From positions 607,911 through 629,888 of the forward strand of contig NW_008246097.1 of NCBI RefSeq assembly GCF_000281045.1: DNA of 21,978 nt, read 5' to 3'. Positions 10,187-19,538 of this stretch are shown in pieces. Positions within the stretch are counted from its first letter, which is position 1, and every line of letters starts with the position of its first letter. The translations under genes and the position numbers were made by a program. The notes beneath the pieces were generated by a model that had not been told where the DNA came from, did not search any database, and was given only the letters and a program-made list of their open reading frames with translations. Source of the stretch: Saprolegnia diclina VS20 (taxonomy: Eukaryota).

Positions 10187-11674
10187 ATGGCTTCATCCGT
10201 GCTGAGTCAGAACCTCTATGCGGTCGGCGTCTGTGCCTTCTCGTCGCTCGGCGGCATCTTCTTTGGCTACGACAACGGTGTCGCCGGCGGTGTCATGGTC
10301 ATGCCGTCGTTTCTCGCCGACTTTTGCATCGGGTACGACGGCAACTCGGACATTGCCTGCAACGCAGTGAGCGCCAACCTCCCGCCCAATTGGCTCAACT
10401 TTACCACCTTGTACAACGTGCTCTACTACGTCGGCTGCATGTTTGGCGCCATCGTTGGCGGCTACACGGCCGACAAGTACGGCCGCCGGATCACCATCTG
10501 CTCGTCGGCGGTCTTTTATGGCCTCGGCGGCATCCTCCTCATCACATCGAGCGCCCACGCCCAAGTCTTTCTTGCGCGCCTCGTGCAGGGCTTTGGTGTT
10601 GGCAACGCGACGTTTGCGCTCCCGATCTTCGCCGCCGAGATGGCGCCCAAGGAGCTCCGCGGCATGCTCTCAGGCCTCATGCAGATGGCGTGCGTGACCG
10701 GCATTTTGCTCGCGGGCGTCATCAACGCGGTCATTCAGGACGTGAGCCAAGGCTGGCGTATCACGGTCGGCATCGGCCTCCTCTTTCCCGTGATCGTCAC
10801 GGCCGGGATTTTCTGTGTGCCCGAGTCGCCGCGCTGGACGTACAAGGCGCGCGGTCGGGACGCTGCGGCGATCATGCTCAAGCAGCTACGCCGCAACGAC
10901 GATATCCACGACGAGCTCAACGCGATCGGCGACGTACTCGAAGAGGAAGGGTCAGCCCAGGCTACGTGGATGGACCTCTGGCGCGACCGGTCCGTGCGCC
11001 GCCGCGTGCTCATCGCGATGGGTCTGCAGCTGTTGCAGCAAGGCACGGGCGTCAACGCCGTCTTTGCGTACGGCGGGCAAATCTTCAAGGACGTGCTTGG
11101 TCTTGGCATCATCTGCCTCCTCATGATTCAAATCGTCAACTTTCTCTCAACGATCCCGGCCATGCGCTGGGTCGACCACCACGGCCGCCGCAAGCTGCTC
11201 CTCCTCGGCGCCATCGGCATGGTGATTGGCCACGTCGTGTCGGCGACGGCATTTACGATTGGCTGCAACGGCGACACAGTCTCATTGGGCTGCTCCAAGA
11301 GCGCGGGCTGGGTCATGGTGGTCTTCACGATGGTGTTCATCTTTAGCTTTGCGATTTCGTGGGGTCCGATTTGCTGGATCTATCCCGCCGAGATCTTTCC
11401 GATGAACGTGCGCGCCAAGGCCGTCTCGATCTCGACGACGACCAACTGGGCGATGGGCGCCATCATGATTGGCATCCCCAAGCTCTTCCCGTACCTCAAC
11501 ATCAACGGCGTCTTCTACCTCTTTGCAGCGCTGTGCTTGGTCGCCGGCGCCTTTGTGTACTTCAAGTGCCCCGAGACCAAAGGCCTTCTCCTCGAAGACA
11601 TTGAAATGCTCTTTGAGCGTCCTGGTGACGCACGCCCCAAGACACCCAAGACGCCGCACCACGACGACATTTAG
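10187..11674 (+). CDS. MFS sugar porter (hexose/monosaccharide transporter), 495 aa, intronless
   Basis: GGIFFGYDNG, ADKYGRR, AEMAPKELRG, PESPRW, LQQGTGVN, VDHHGRRKLLL, SWGPICWIYPAEIFP and PETKG motifs; about 12 hydrophobic segments. True start taken as ATG 10187 (MASSVLSQ), not the ORF-track start at 9998. Confidence 0.95.
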   Translation: MASSVLSQNLYAVGVCAFSSLGGIFFGYDNGVAGGVMVMPSFLADFCIGYDGNSDIACNAVSANLPPNWLNFTTLYNVLYYVGCMFGAIVGGYTADKYGRRITICSSAVFYGLGGILLITSSAHAQVFLARLVQGFGVGNATFALPIFAAEMAPKELRGMLSGLMQMACVTGILLAGVINAVIQDVSQGWRITVGIGLLFPVIVTAGIFCVPESPRWTYKARGRDAAAIMLKQLRRNDDIHDELNAIGDVLEEEGSAQATWMDLWRDRSVRRRVLIAMGLQLLQQGTGVNAVFAYGGQIFKDVLGLGIICLLMIQIVNFLSTIPAMRWVDHHGRRKLLLLGAIGMVIGHVVSATAFTIGCNGDTVSLGCSKSAGWVMVVFTMVFIFSFAISWGPICWIYPAEIFPMNVRAKAVSISTTTNWAMGAIMIGIPKLFPYLNINGVFYLFAALCLVAGAFVYFKCPETKGLLLEDIEMLFERPGDARPKTPKTPHHDDI

Positions 11675-11881
11675 GTCCCAAGTCCGTCGAGTAACTCCGC
11701 AACACTGCTCCTGGTTCCTTTCATCCCATCTTGGAATCCGAGAGCACAGCGTGAGACGACGTCGCTTGTGGTCTTTTGGAATAAGTTTTGGGATAAGTAT
11801 AAAAAATATTTTTTTTGGGCTTTTGGGTGTGGATGAAACTCACGACACGGACAACTAATAGAACCCTACTACTTGTTTTGC

Positions 11882-12946
11882 CTAGACGTCGCACTCGAGC
11901 TGGTTGGAGGACGCTCCGTCTGTGAGCAGCTCGTCGTGGCGGCATTCGCTGGGCTTTTCGCCATCTTGGTTGGGCGTTGCCGGTGTCATGTCGCTCTCAT
12001 ATGGACTTGCGTCAGACACGGTGTCATCCTGGTTGGACACTGGCTCGTCTTCGTACCGCACTGCGTCGAGCTTGTCCGACTTCATCATTTTCATAAACTG
12101 CTGGAATTCGCGCATCGTTGGGAACACCATGCCGTCGAGGACCGGGTTGGCGTGGTGGAAGGCCTCGCCGTTCACGGTGAAGACATACTTTTCGACATTC
12201 GCCTGGATGCTCAGCGGTCCGTCCGACGCTTGCACTTGCCGGTGCATCATGTGCTTGTCACAAGCGACATAGAGCACGTGGACGACCGCTTGCGCCGGAA
12301 GATGCGCGGTGCTGAACGAGATGGTCTTTTCCTTCTCGACTTGGATGAACTGGTCAAAGACAGCCTCTTCCTGGAGGCCTTCGGGCGAGTCGTTCTCGTG
12401 GTAGATGAGCTGCACGTAGCCGGGCCCACCCTTGCACTTGACATGGAGAAGCTCGCCGAGCTCGTGCGTGTCCCGCTTCCAGTCGTGCACGATCTGCACA
12501 ACGCACGGCTCGTTGAACGTTGGGTCGCATGACGGATTCTCGCTCAAGATGGACGTCGTTGCCTCTAAATAGGCGCGCACGTAGTGGTCGTGCTTGGACT
12601 TGTGGAGGTAGTCGTGCGGCGCGAGGCCGTTGAGGTCCCGCGATGGCCGCGCGCCGCGCGAGAGCAAGTACGGCAGCACGAACGTCTTTTGCGCGACAAA
12701 CATGTGGTGCAGGATCGTCCAGTTGTTACGCTGTGGGTCCATCGCGTTAACGTCGACGCCGTGCTTTAGGAAGAGCTCGAGGATGCACTGGAGGCGCTGG
12801 CACGTCGTCGCGAGGTACGCGCAGGCGTGGAAGGCCTGGACGACCTCAATGGCCGTGCTGTCGGGCGTCTCCTGCAGCGCCTTCTGCACGTCGTTGATGT
12901 CGCTGAAGCTCGTAATGCTCTCGAGCACGCTCGGTGAGTTGCCCAT
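11882..12946 (-). CDS. Ankyrin-repeat protein with predicted N-myristoylation, 354 aa
   Basis: Starts MGNSPS (G2, S6). Ankyrin-like LELFLKHGVDVNAMD...WTILHH...YLLSRGARP...GLAPHDY. Beta-rich middle domain and acidic low-complexity tail. Confidence 0.8.
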   Translation of the reverse strand: MGNSPSVLESITSFSDINDVQKALQETPDSTAIEVVQAFHACAYLATTCQRLQCILELFLKHGVDVNAMDPQRNNWTILHHMFVAQKTFVLPYLLSRGARPSRDLNGLAPHDYLHKSKHDHYVRAYLEATTSILSENPSCDPTFNEPCVVQIVHDWKRDTHELGELLHVKCKGGPGYVQLIYHENDSPEGLQEEAVFDQFIQVEKEKTISFSTAHLPAQAVVHVLYVACDKHMMHRQVQASDGPLSIQANVEKYVFTVNGEAFHHANPVLDGMVFPTMREFQQFMKMMKSDKLDAVRYEDEPVSNQDDTVSDASPYESDMTPATPNQDGEKPSECRHDELLTDGASSNQLECDV

Positions 12947-13674
12947 ACTGCTGCTGCGTCCGTCCTTTCTTATTCTCGACTGTCATCCAGTATGAAAACC
13001 GCTTGGCAAAAGATCGTTTTTCGAAGCTGTCCGGAGTACGTATCCGGATACCAGTGCACATGAAATAGTGTTATAGATGATCGACGTTTGGCAATCACAG
13101 CTTTGCGCTTCTGCCTTTTCGTATCCTTCTGCAGGTCAGGCTGGTTCTCATCGGAGGCCTGAGACTCTTCACCGCATTCTTGGGATACCAAAGCCATAGC
13201 TTGCGGGTCATACTAGGAACCAGCATCCCTGTTGGTTTACCGAATACTGTACTCGACTTGATAACGTTCTCCCAAGAAACAGTTCTATAGTCCTCTCTAA
13301 AACGCTTTGACGCTCTCGTGACTGGAGTGAGAGTTGTTGCTGCGCCACACACCAAACCGCACCCGGCGCGAGCGCCTTCGGTTACTGGAGTGTCTTTGTA
13401 TGGAGCCTAGTTTCCTGCCAAAGCATCAATGCTCCCCAGACCATTGAAGTCACAGCCCGCTCCTATCCCTCGTAGCTACTGATGTATATATGCTTGTAGC
13501 TTTTATTGCATAGTGAGCGACATTGGTACGATGGCGAGGATGCATCATTCACCAGGATCGAAGACGAGCTAGGACGGTGATTCTAGCTTACACCATTTCA
13601 TGAGATGTATTCTTTGAATAGTGTATGTATCATTTTGTTGCCGTTGCTGCGGGTGGCAGAACGCGCTTGAACCG

Positions 13675-14067
13675 ATGCGGATCCCGCTGCGTGTACTGGC
13701 TGGAGAAGACGGCAAGCCCGAATGGTCCATCATCGAGCTCCAAGGTGAGCTCATTAGCGAGACCAAGGCTTCACTGGGTCTTGGCCATCTCGAATACAAG
13801 AAGGTGCGGCGGCGCGTTGCCAGCGCGAGCATGACACGTCGTGTGTAGGGCGTGCCGACGCTGCTTATCGGGAATCATCTCCTTGAAGGCAAAGCCGCCA
13901 AGCTCGCCAAGCCCATGGCCATCATGCGCAAAGACGGTGCGTCATGTGAAGATCGGACCATCATGGCCCATGAGGTGCGTTGCGTAGGCGGCGCAGCGTA
14001 TACGGTCGTGGGCATTGCGCGGAAGAAGCTCATTTTCAACACGCGGCCCAAGCCCGTCTTGACATGA
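13675..14067 (+). CDS. CTF8: Chromosome transmission fidelity protein 8 (Ctf18-RFC subunit)
   Basis: Exons 13675-13803, 13849-13936, 13988-14067. EWSIIELQGEL, LLIGNHLLEGKAAKLAKPMAIMRK and RKKLIFNTRPKPV are characteristic of Ctf8. Confidence 0.9.
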
Positions 14068-14117
14068 TATCTGCAGAGAATGCATATTGCCATTTAATCC
14101 ATCATCCGTCGTCCATG

Positions 14118-15496
14118 CTAGTCGAGTGTCGGCGTCGGAAAGTAGTCTCTGGGCAAGCCGACCAGCGGGCAGGCCACGTCCCAGAGCCGCTTGGCCAAGT
14201 CCGCATCCACAAAGCGCGCTGGCAGCTCTTCGATCTCGGACCGCGCGAGGTAGTGGCCGCCCGTCAGGTGGCGGCACGTCGCGGCAAACACGGGCGTGTA
14301 CGCACCTTGCTCGCCAGTCTGCTGCAGGAACGGACGCAGCCAGTTGAACCAATGCGCCAGCGTGTTCAAGAATGGGAGCATGTTCTTCTGCATGTTGGAG
14401 ATGACCAGCCCCGGGTGCGCGCAGTTGACCTGTGGCACGCTCAGCCAAAGACGGTGCTGCGCGAACGTACCGTCAGCGCCGTGTTGGCGTAGCGCCGGTG
14501 CAGCTCTTGCGTAAAGAGCTACGTAAAGCGTTGGAGCGAATACCGGCGTGAGAGAGTGAGTACGTAGTTGGCCCATTTGGTCCAGTTGTACACGGCTTGG
14601 CCCGTGCCGTAGTTTTGCTTGGTGTTCAAGTCTTCGAACGGGATCTTGGTCGCCCACTGCCGGGGCAGAGAGATATATGAGAGGCCAACGCACAGCAAGA
14701 ACGATACCTTCATGACGCACGAGCCAACGTTCACGACGCGGCCGTCGTCGGCGCGGAGCAAAGCAGGCAGCAGGAGGTTGGTGAGAAGGAACGGCCCGAG
14801 AAAGTTGATGCCCAGCATCGCCTCAAAGCCATCGACCGTCTCTCTACCACCATGCCATGAGCCTTCCGAGTCTTGAGAACGCTGTTGTATCGTACTGGCG
14901 GCGGTAGTGGTTCACACCTGCGTTGTTGACGAGGATATCGAGGGTTCGCTTCGACTTGAGAAAGTCGTCTGCGAAAGCGCGGACCGACGCCAAGCTGCCG
15001 ACGTCGAGCGCCATGAACTCGAGCTTGGACGAGCTTGTGGTCGCGGCAACTTGCTTCATCGCGTCTTCCGCACGCTCCTTCGACCGACAGGCTACATGTA
15101 CAAGGTGAGGTCATGCATCGCGTGGGCAGCCAATGGACCAAAGATGACGTGCGCGCCCATTTGCGCGAGCTGGCGCGCGATCTCGAGGCCGATGCCGGCA
15201 TTGGCGCCGGTGACGATGGCGACCTTCTCAGTCAGGTCCTCGTCCAGGTACGCCTTGCCCTGGAGGATCATGATGTACGCGGAGATCGTGTTGAAGACGG
15301 TGAAGAGCTCGAGCCCATAGTAGTACTCGTCCGAGATGGTGCCAAAGGCGCCGTGGATCAGCAGGAGGCTCGCGATTGCCACGAGCGAGTAGCGTAGGAC
15401 GTACGTGTGCGTCCATGGGATGTCGCTCATCGGCGCGCGGAAGAGCAGCAGCACGAGCACGTACGTCGCCCCGACGTCCGTGACGGTCAGCATCAT
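14118..15496 (-). CDS. Short-chain dehydrogenase/reductase (RDH11-14/WWOX-like) with hydrophobic N-terminal extension, about 380 aa
   Basis: Exons 15496-15139, 15091-14896, 14843-14708, 14656-14564, 14518-14471, 14429-14118 (1143 nt). TGANAGIG, ACRS, LDILVNNAG, INFLGPFLLTNLLLP, RVVNVGS, catalytic YNWTK, VNCAHPG. Confidence 0.92.
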
Positions 15497-16278
15497 CGCA
15501 ATTTTGTAGTTGAGTTTTTTCGCCGACTTTTGAGTTTCATGGCGATCTGAAACTCAAGACGCAAAACAGATGCTTGAATGTGATGGACGACACTACTGGC
15601 GTCTCTGGTCCATGGCCGCACACGCCATCTCTGGTTGGACGACCGACTGGCAGGACCAGTAGCGCTCAAAGGTCGCTGAATCTTTGCACGCTGAAAGAGA
15701 AACTTGGTGGCGCCAGTCAGGCCCGGTCCGAGCTCCGAGCAGCGCGCTTGGCGCTGCGGTGGACGAGGTAGGTGCGAAGTGCGTGACGTGGCGGTGTTGA
15801 TGACGCAGCCGCGAGCGCAAGCCGCTCAGTCCAAAAGGAAGCCCAGGAAGGGTGGCTGTGCTACTCTTCCACGTGGCACGACAGCGACGTCGGATTCTGC
15901 CGCAAAGTGCAATCTCGGTTGGTCCTCCTTCCGCGCCACAGCTTTCGACAATAAGAATTCAAGAAACTAGTTGAGGGATCTATTATCGAGGACAACGCGG
16001 TCGCAAGCTCATGGCGCCCTGTTGCTTCCCAGCATGTCGCCCAAGCAACCGTCGATGCGTCGGAGGCTTCCACGAGCGCTCCGAGCGACGCAGCCTTCGG
16101 TTGCATGGTTCATGGACAGCCGACAACTGGAGCGACAGTGCTTCTATCGGCCTGGATGTTGGTCCATCGCCCTCCATCGCTGCGGAACGATGGAGGGTGC
16201 CACGAAAAATTTCCCCGCCTTGAAGTTTGCAACTCAACACCAAACTCAATTCAGCAAGCATCTGATACGTTGCTGTTG

Positions 16279-16365
16279 GCCAATCCAATGGATGCAAGCA
16301 CGCGTATCGACAAGTGATTGGTGCATTTCAAGCAACGAGCCGACCCGATTGGTCGTCCGGATACG
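16279..16365 (+). promoter_or_regulatory. ProRS promoter: clustered CCAAT/ATTGG boxes plus TCCGGATA element
   Basis: GCCAATCCAAT at about 16279-16289, GATTGG at about 16316 and 16347, TCCGGATA at 16356-16363; ATG at 16420. Confidence 0.5.
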
Positions 16366-16419
16366 AAAGGGAACTGTGTGGCCGGAGCGCATTTGGAGAT
16401 TTCGCCGGAAACCAAAACG

Positions 16420-18540
16420 ATGGCCGAGCACATTGCCGCGGCCTTTGCGGCGCTCAAGATTGCGCATGAGAACGTCGACCACGTGGCCGCCTTCACGGTC
16501 GAGGAGCAGGCGGCCGTCGTCGGCCATCTGCCGGGCGTCCTCACCAAGAACCTCGTCCTCAAGGACAAGAAGGAAGGGATCTTCCTCATCTGCGCGGCCG
16601 CGACCCAGACCGTCGAGGTCAAGACGCTCGCCAAGAAGATGCAGCTCGTGAGCAACAAGGTCAACCTGCGCTTCGCGTCCGAGGACGTGCTCCACGAGAC
16701 GCTCAAGGTCAAGCAGGGCTCGGTCTCGCCGCTCGCCGTCATGAACGACACGGAGAACCAGGTCAAGCTCGTGCTCGACGCGTCGCTCCTCAAGGCGACC
16801 AAGATCAACTGCCACCCGCTCCAGAACGACAAGACGGTCTCGCTGACACCTGAGGATCTGCTCAAGTTTGTGCGCCACTACAACCACGAGCCGCTGATCG
16901 TCGACTTCACCGTCTCGGTCAAGGAGGCCACGTCGCCGCGCGCCGGCCCCAAGCCGGCGAAGGCGGCGAAGGGTGCCAAGGCGCCGGCTGCCAAGCCCCA
17001 GAAGATGGAGAAGGACTCCAAGTCCAAGGAGGGCATGGTCTGGGCGAAGAAGGAGAACTTTGCCGACTGGTACACGGACGTCATCACCAAGTCGCAGATG
17101 ATCGACTACTATGACATCTCGGGCTGCTACATCTTGCGCCCGTGGTCGTACGAGATCTGGGAGCACATCCAGGCGTACTTGGACGCCAAGTTCAAGTCGA
17201 TTGGCGTCAAGAACTGCTACTTCCCCATGTTTGTCACGAGCGAGAAGCTCAACCGCGAGAAGGACCACTTGGAAGGCTTTGCCCCCGAAGTCGCTTGGGT
17301 CACCAAGTCGGGTGACGCCGACCTCAAGGAGCCCATTGCGATCCGCCCGACGTCCGAGACCATCATGTACCCGGCCTTCAAGAGCTGGATCCGCAGCCAC
17401 CGCGACTTGCCCGTGCGCCTCAACCAGTGGTGCAACGTCGTCCGCTGGGAGTTCAAGAACCCGACGCCGTTCATCCGCACGCGCGAGTTCTTGTGGCAGG
17501 AAGGCCACACGGCCCACGCGACCAAGGAAGGCGCCGCGAAGGAGGTCATGCAGATCCTCGAGTTTTACGCCGGCGCGTACGAGGAGCTCCTCGCCGTGCC
17601 CATGATCAAGGGCAAGAAGTCGGAGAAGGAAAAGTTTGCCGGCGCCGACTACACGACGACGATCGAGGGCTTCATTCCGTCGACGGGCCGCGGGATCCAA
17701 GCCGCGACGTCGCACCACCTCGGCCAGAACTTTGGCAAGATGTTTGGCATCTCGGCCGAAGACGACCAGGGCCAGAAGCTCATCCCGTACCAGAACTCGT
17801 GGGGCTTTACGACGCGCTCGATCGGCGTCATGATTATGATCCACGGCGACGACAAGGGTCTCGTGCTTCCGCCCCGCGTCGCGCCGCTTCAGGCCGTCAT
17901 CATCCCGATCCCTGTCACGGACAAGGACGAGACGGACAAGATCCACGACAAGGGTGACGAAGTCCTCGCGTACCTCCAGGAGGCGGGCATCCGCGGTGAA
18001 GTCGACCACCGCCGCCTGTACACGCCCGGCTGGAAGTACAACCACTGGGAGCTCAAGGGCGTGCCGCTCCGCCTCGAGCTCGGCCCCAAGGACATCCTCA
18101 AGCAGCAGGTCCGCGTCGTGCGTCGCGACACGAACGAGAAGATCGACATTGCGTTTGCGGATCTCAAGACGAAGCTCCCGGCGCTCCTCGAGACGATCCA
18201 GAAGGAGATGCTCGAGCGCGCGCGCAAGGAGCGCGACAACTGCATCCGCATCGTGACGCAGTGGTCGGACTTTGTCAAGACCATTGCCGACGGCTGCATG
18301 GTGCTCACGCCGTTCTGCAACGAAATCGAGTGGGAGGAGGTTGTCAAGACGCGCAGCCGCGAAGAGTCGCTCGCGATCCTCGGCGAAGACGGTGAGGCCG
18401 ACAACACGGCGACGAGCGTTGCGGCCAAGAGCCTGTGCATGCCGTTCGAGAACAACGAGATGCCGATCGAGCCCGGCACCAAGTGCTTTGTCTCGGGCAA
18501 GGACGCCAAGTGCTGGATCTTGTGGGGCCGCAGTTATTAA
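16420..18540 (+). CDS. Prolyl-tRNA synthetase (archaeal/eukaryote type) with N-terminal ProX/YbaK editing domain, 706 aa, intronless
   Basis: N-terminal LTKNLVLKDKK...GSVSPLAVMND...NCHPLQNDKT (ProX-like). Core: ENFADWYTDVI, AIRPTSETIMYP, QWCNVVRWEFK, FIRTREFLWQEGHT, IQAATSHHLGQNF, QNSWGFTTRSIG; anticodon domain PGWKYNHWELKGVP; ends WGRSY*. Start at ATG 16420. Confidence 0.97.
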   Translation: MAEHIAAAFAALKIAHENVDHVAAFTVEEQAAVVGHLPGVLTKNLVLKDKKEGIFLICAAATQTVEVKTLAKKMQLVSNKVNLRFASEDVLHETLKVKQGSVSPLAVMNDTENQVKLVLDASLLKATKINCHPLQNDKTVSLTPEDLLKFVRHYNHEPLIVDFTVSVKEATSPRAGPKPAKAAKGAKAPAAKPQKMEKDSKSKEGMVWAKKENFADWYTDVITKSQMIDYYDISGCYILRPWSYEIWEHIQAYLDAKFKSIGVKNCYFPMFVTSEKLNREKDHLEGFAPEVAWVTKSGDADLKEPIAIRPTSETIMYPAFKSWIRSHRDLPVRLNQWCNVVRWEFKNPTPFIRTREFLWQEGHTAHATKEGAAKEVMQILEFYAGAYEELLAVPMIKGKKSEKEKFAGADYTTTIEGFIPSTGRGIQAATSHHLGQNFGKMFGISAEDDQGQKLIPYQNSWGFTTRSIGVMIMIHGDDKGLVLPPRVAPLQAVIIPIPVTDKDETDKIHDKGDEVLAYLQEAGIRGEVDHRRLYTPGWKYNHWELKGVPLRLELGPKDILKQQVRVVRRDTNEKIDIAFADLKTKLPALLETIQKEMLERARKERDNCIRIVTQWSDFVKTIADGCMVLTPFCNEIEWEEVVKTRSREESLAILGEDGEADNTATSVAAKSLCMPFENNEMPIEPGTKCFVSGKDAKCWILWGRSY

Positions 18541-18779
18541 GCCTTTTCAAACACGAGTGTGCTTGGTTTTGTACAGCTTTGTCATGGAAAGTCGGTTGCT
18601 CGTAAGCACACACGGACGACCAAGAAGCGTCCTCGGATGGCTGCATGCTTTTGCGAGGAATCTGCCTGTGGCCCGTGTGTGCCTTAGAGAAGTTTCAATG
18701 TATCAACTTGACATCAAGTCAAATACCATGTCATGCCGGGGGGAAGGTTCACGCTGCAGATGCTCGCAGGTTCAAGTGA

Positions 18780-19538
18780 TCAAAGAAGGACTGGTGAGTT
18801 GAATGTACGAGGTGTTTCACACATAGTAGACACCACTACGGGAGGCCGGTACTCCTTGATGGCACACGTGCACGGTCGGGCTTCATTGGCTGGTGCAGTT
18901 GGTCGTTGGGGTAGTCGGCGCGCCCGTCGTCTGCGGCGGTCGTCCACTGCGGCTGGGCGGTCGCTGTCACTGGTCATTGCTTTGCGCAGCCGTGACACAA
19001 GACTCTGAACCGACTGCAATCGCGGAAGAATGTTGTTGAACTCGAGACGCCGCTCTTCGAGTTCGCGATAAATGTCGATCGGCCGGCGAGCCGGGTCTGC
19101 CGACGCCATCTCGACAAAGAGGGCGCGGACCACCGGCGTCATCTACCGCGAGCAAGACTCGAATAAGAACCTATTCGATGATCGAAGGGTTACCCGAGGT
19201 GATGGATGCATGAGTGCGTCGGGCCCGGCCTCTCTGTCGTCCGGCGTACCGCGGGCAGTGTGATTCCCCATGCGGTAGACGTCGACGGTTCGCGTTTCGT
19301 TGCAGACGAGGTAGAGGTATCGGGCTTCGCAATAGCCGTTGGCCTCCATGCACGGGCGATTGCGGCAGTCCGTGTAGACGCGCGACATGCTGTGATCGTC
19401 AAAGCGACACACTTTGCACCTTTGGTCGTGGTTGCTGCGCGCCATGCGCGTCGTTGGAAGCTGGGCGCCTTTGTACACGAGCCAATCGGCCGCGAGCACC
19501 GTGTCGAGAAGGATCCAGTCGCCTTCGTCTTTGTCCAT
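18780..19538 (-). CDS. MULE-transposase-like N-terminal Zn-finger (WRKY/GCM1/FLYWCH-type) plus helical domain, no DDE domain; about 235 aa
   Basis: Two ORFs join in frame through a GT-AG intron 19193-19143 (51 bp). CKVC...H...CRNRPC...CEARYLYLVC...VDVYRMGNH, then TPVVRALFVEM...RPIDIYREL...LPRLQSVQSLVSRLRK. First ATG at 19538, but the frame is open a little further upstream, so a 5' exon is possible. Confidence 0.55.

Noticed and set aside
15093..15100. TACATGTA, a known abundant Phytophthora motif
   Set aside because: Single copy overlapping an intron acceptor, not in a promoter.
15560..16250. Short ORFs in the divergent SDR/ProRS gap
   Set aside because: No consistent codon bias, domain or splice model.
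16318..16419. N-terminal extension of ProRS as a possible organellar targeting peptide
   Set aside because: Starts at a non-ATG codon, overlaps CCAAT and TCCGGATA promoter elements, and is not presequence-like.
16246..18045. 599 aa antisense ORF exactly in codon register with ProRS, tempting as a sense/antisense gene pair
   Set aside because: Explained by codon bias: the sense gene avoids TTA/CTA/TCA, so the in-register antisense frame lacks stops. It has no recognisable domain.
19143..19145. Apparent TAG read-through immediately before ATG 19142
   Set aside because: The TAG is better explained as the 3' splice acceptor of intron 19193-19143.
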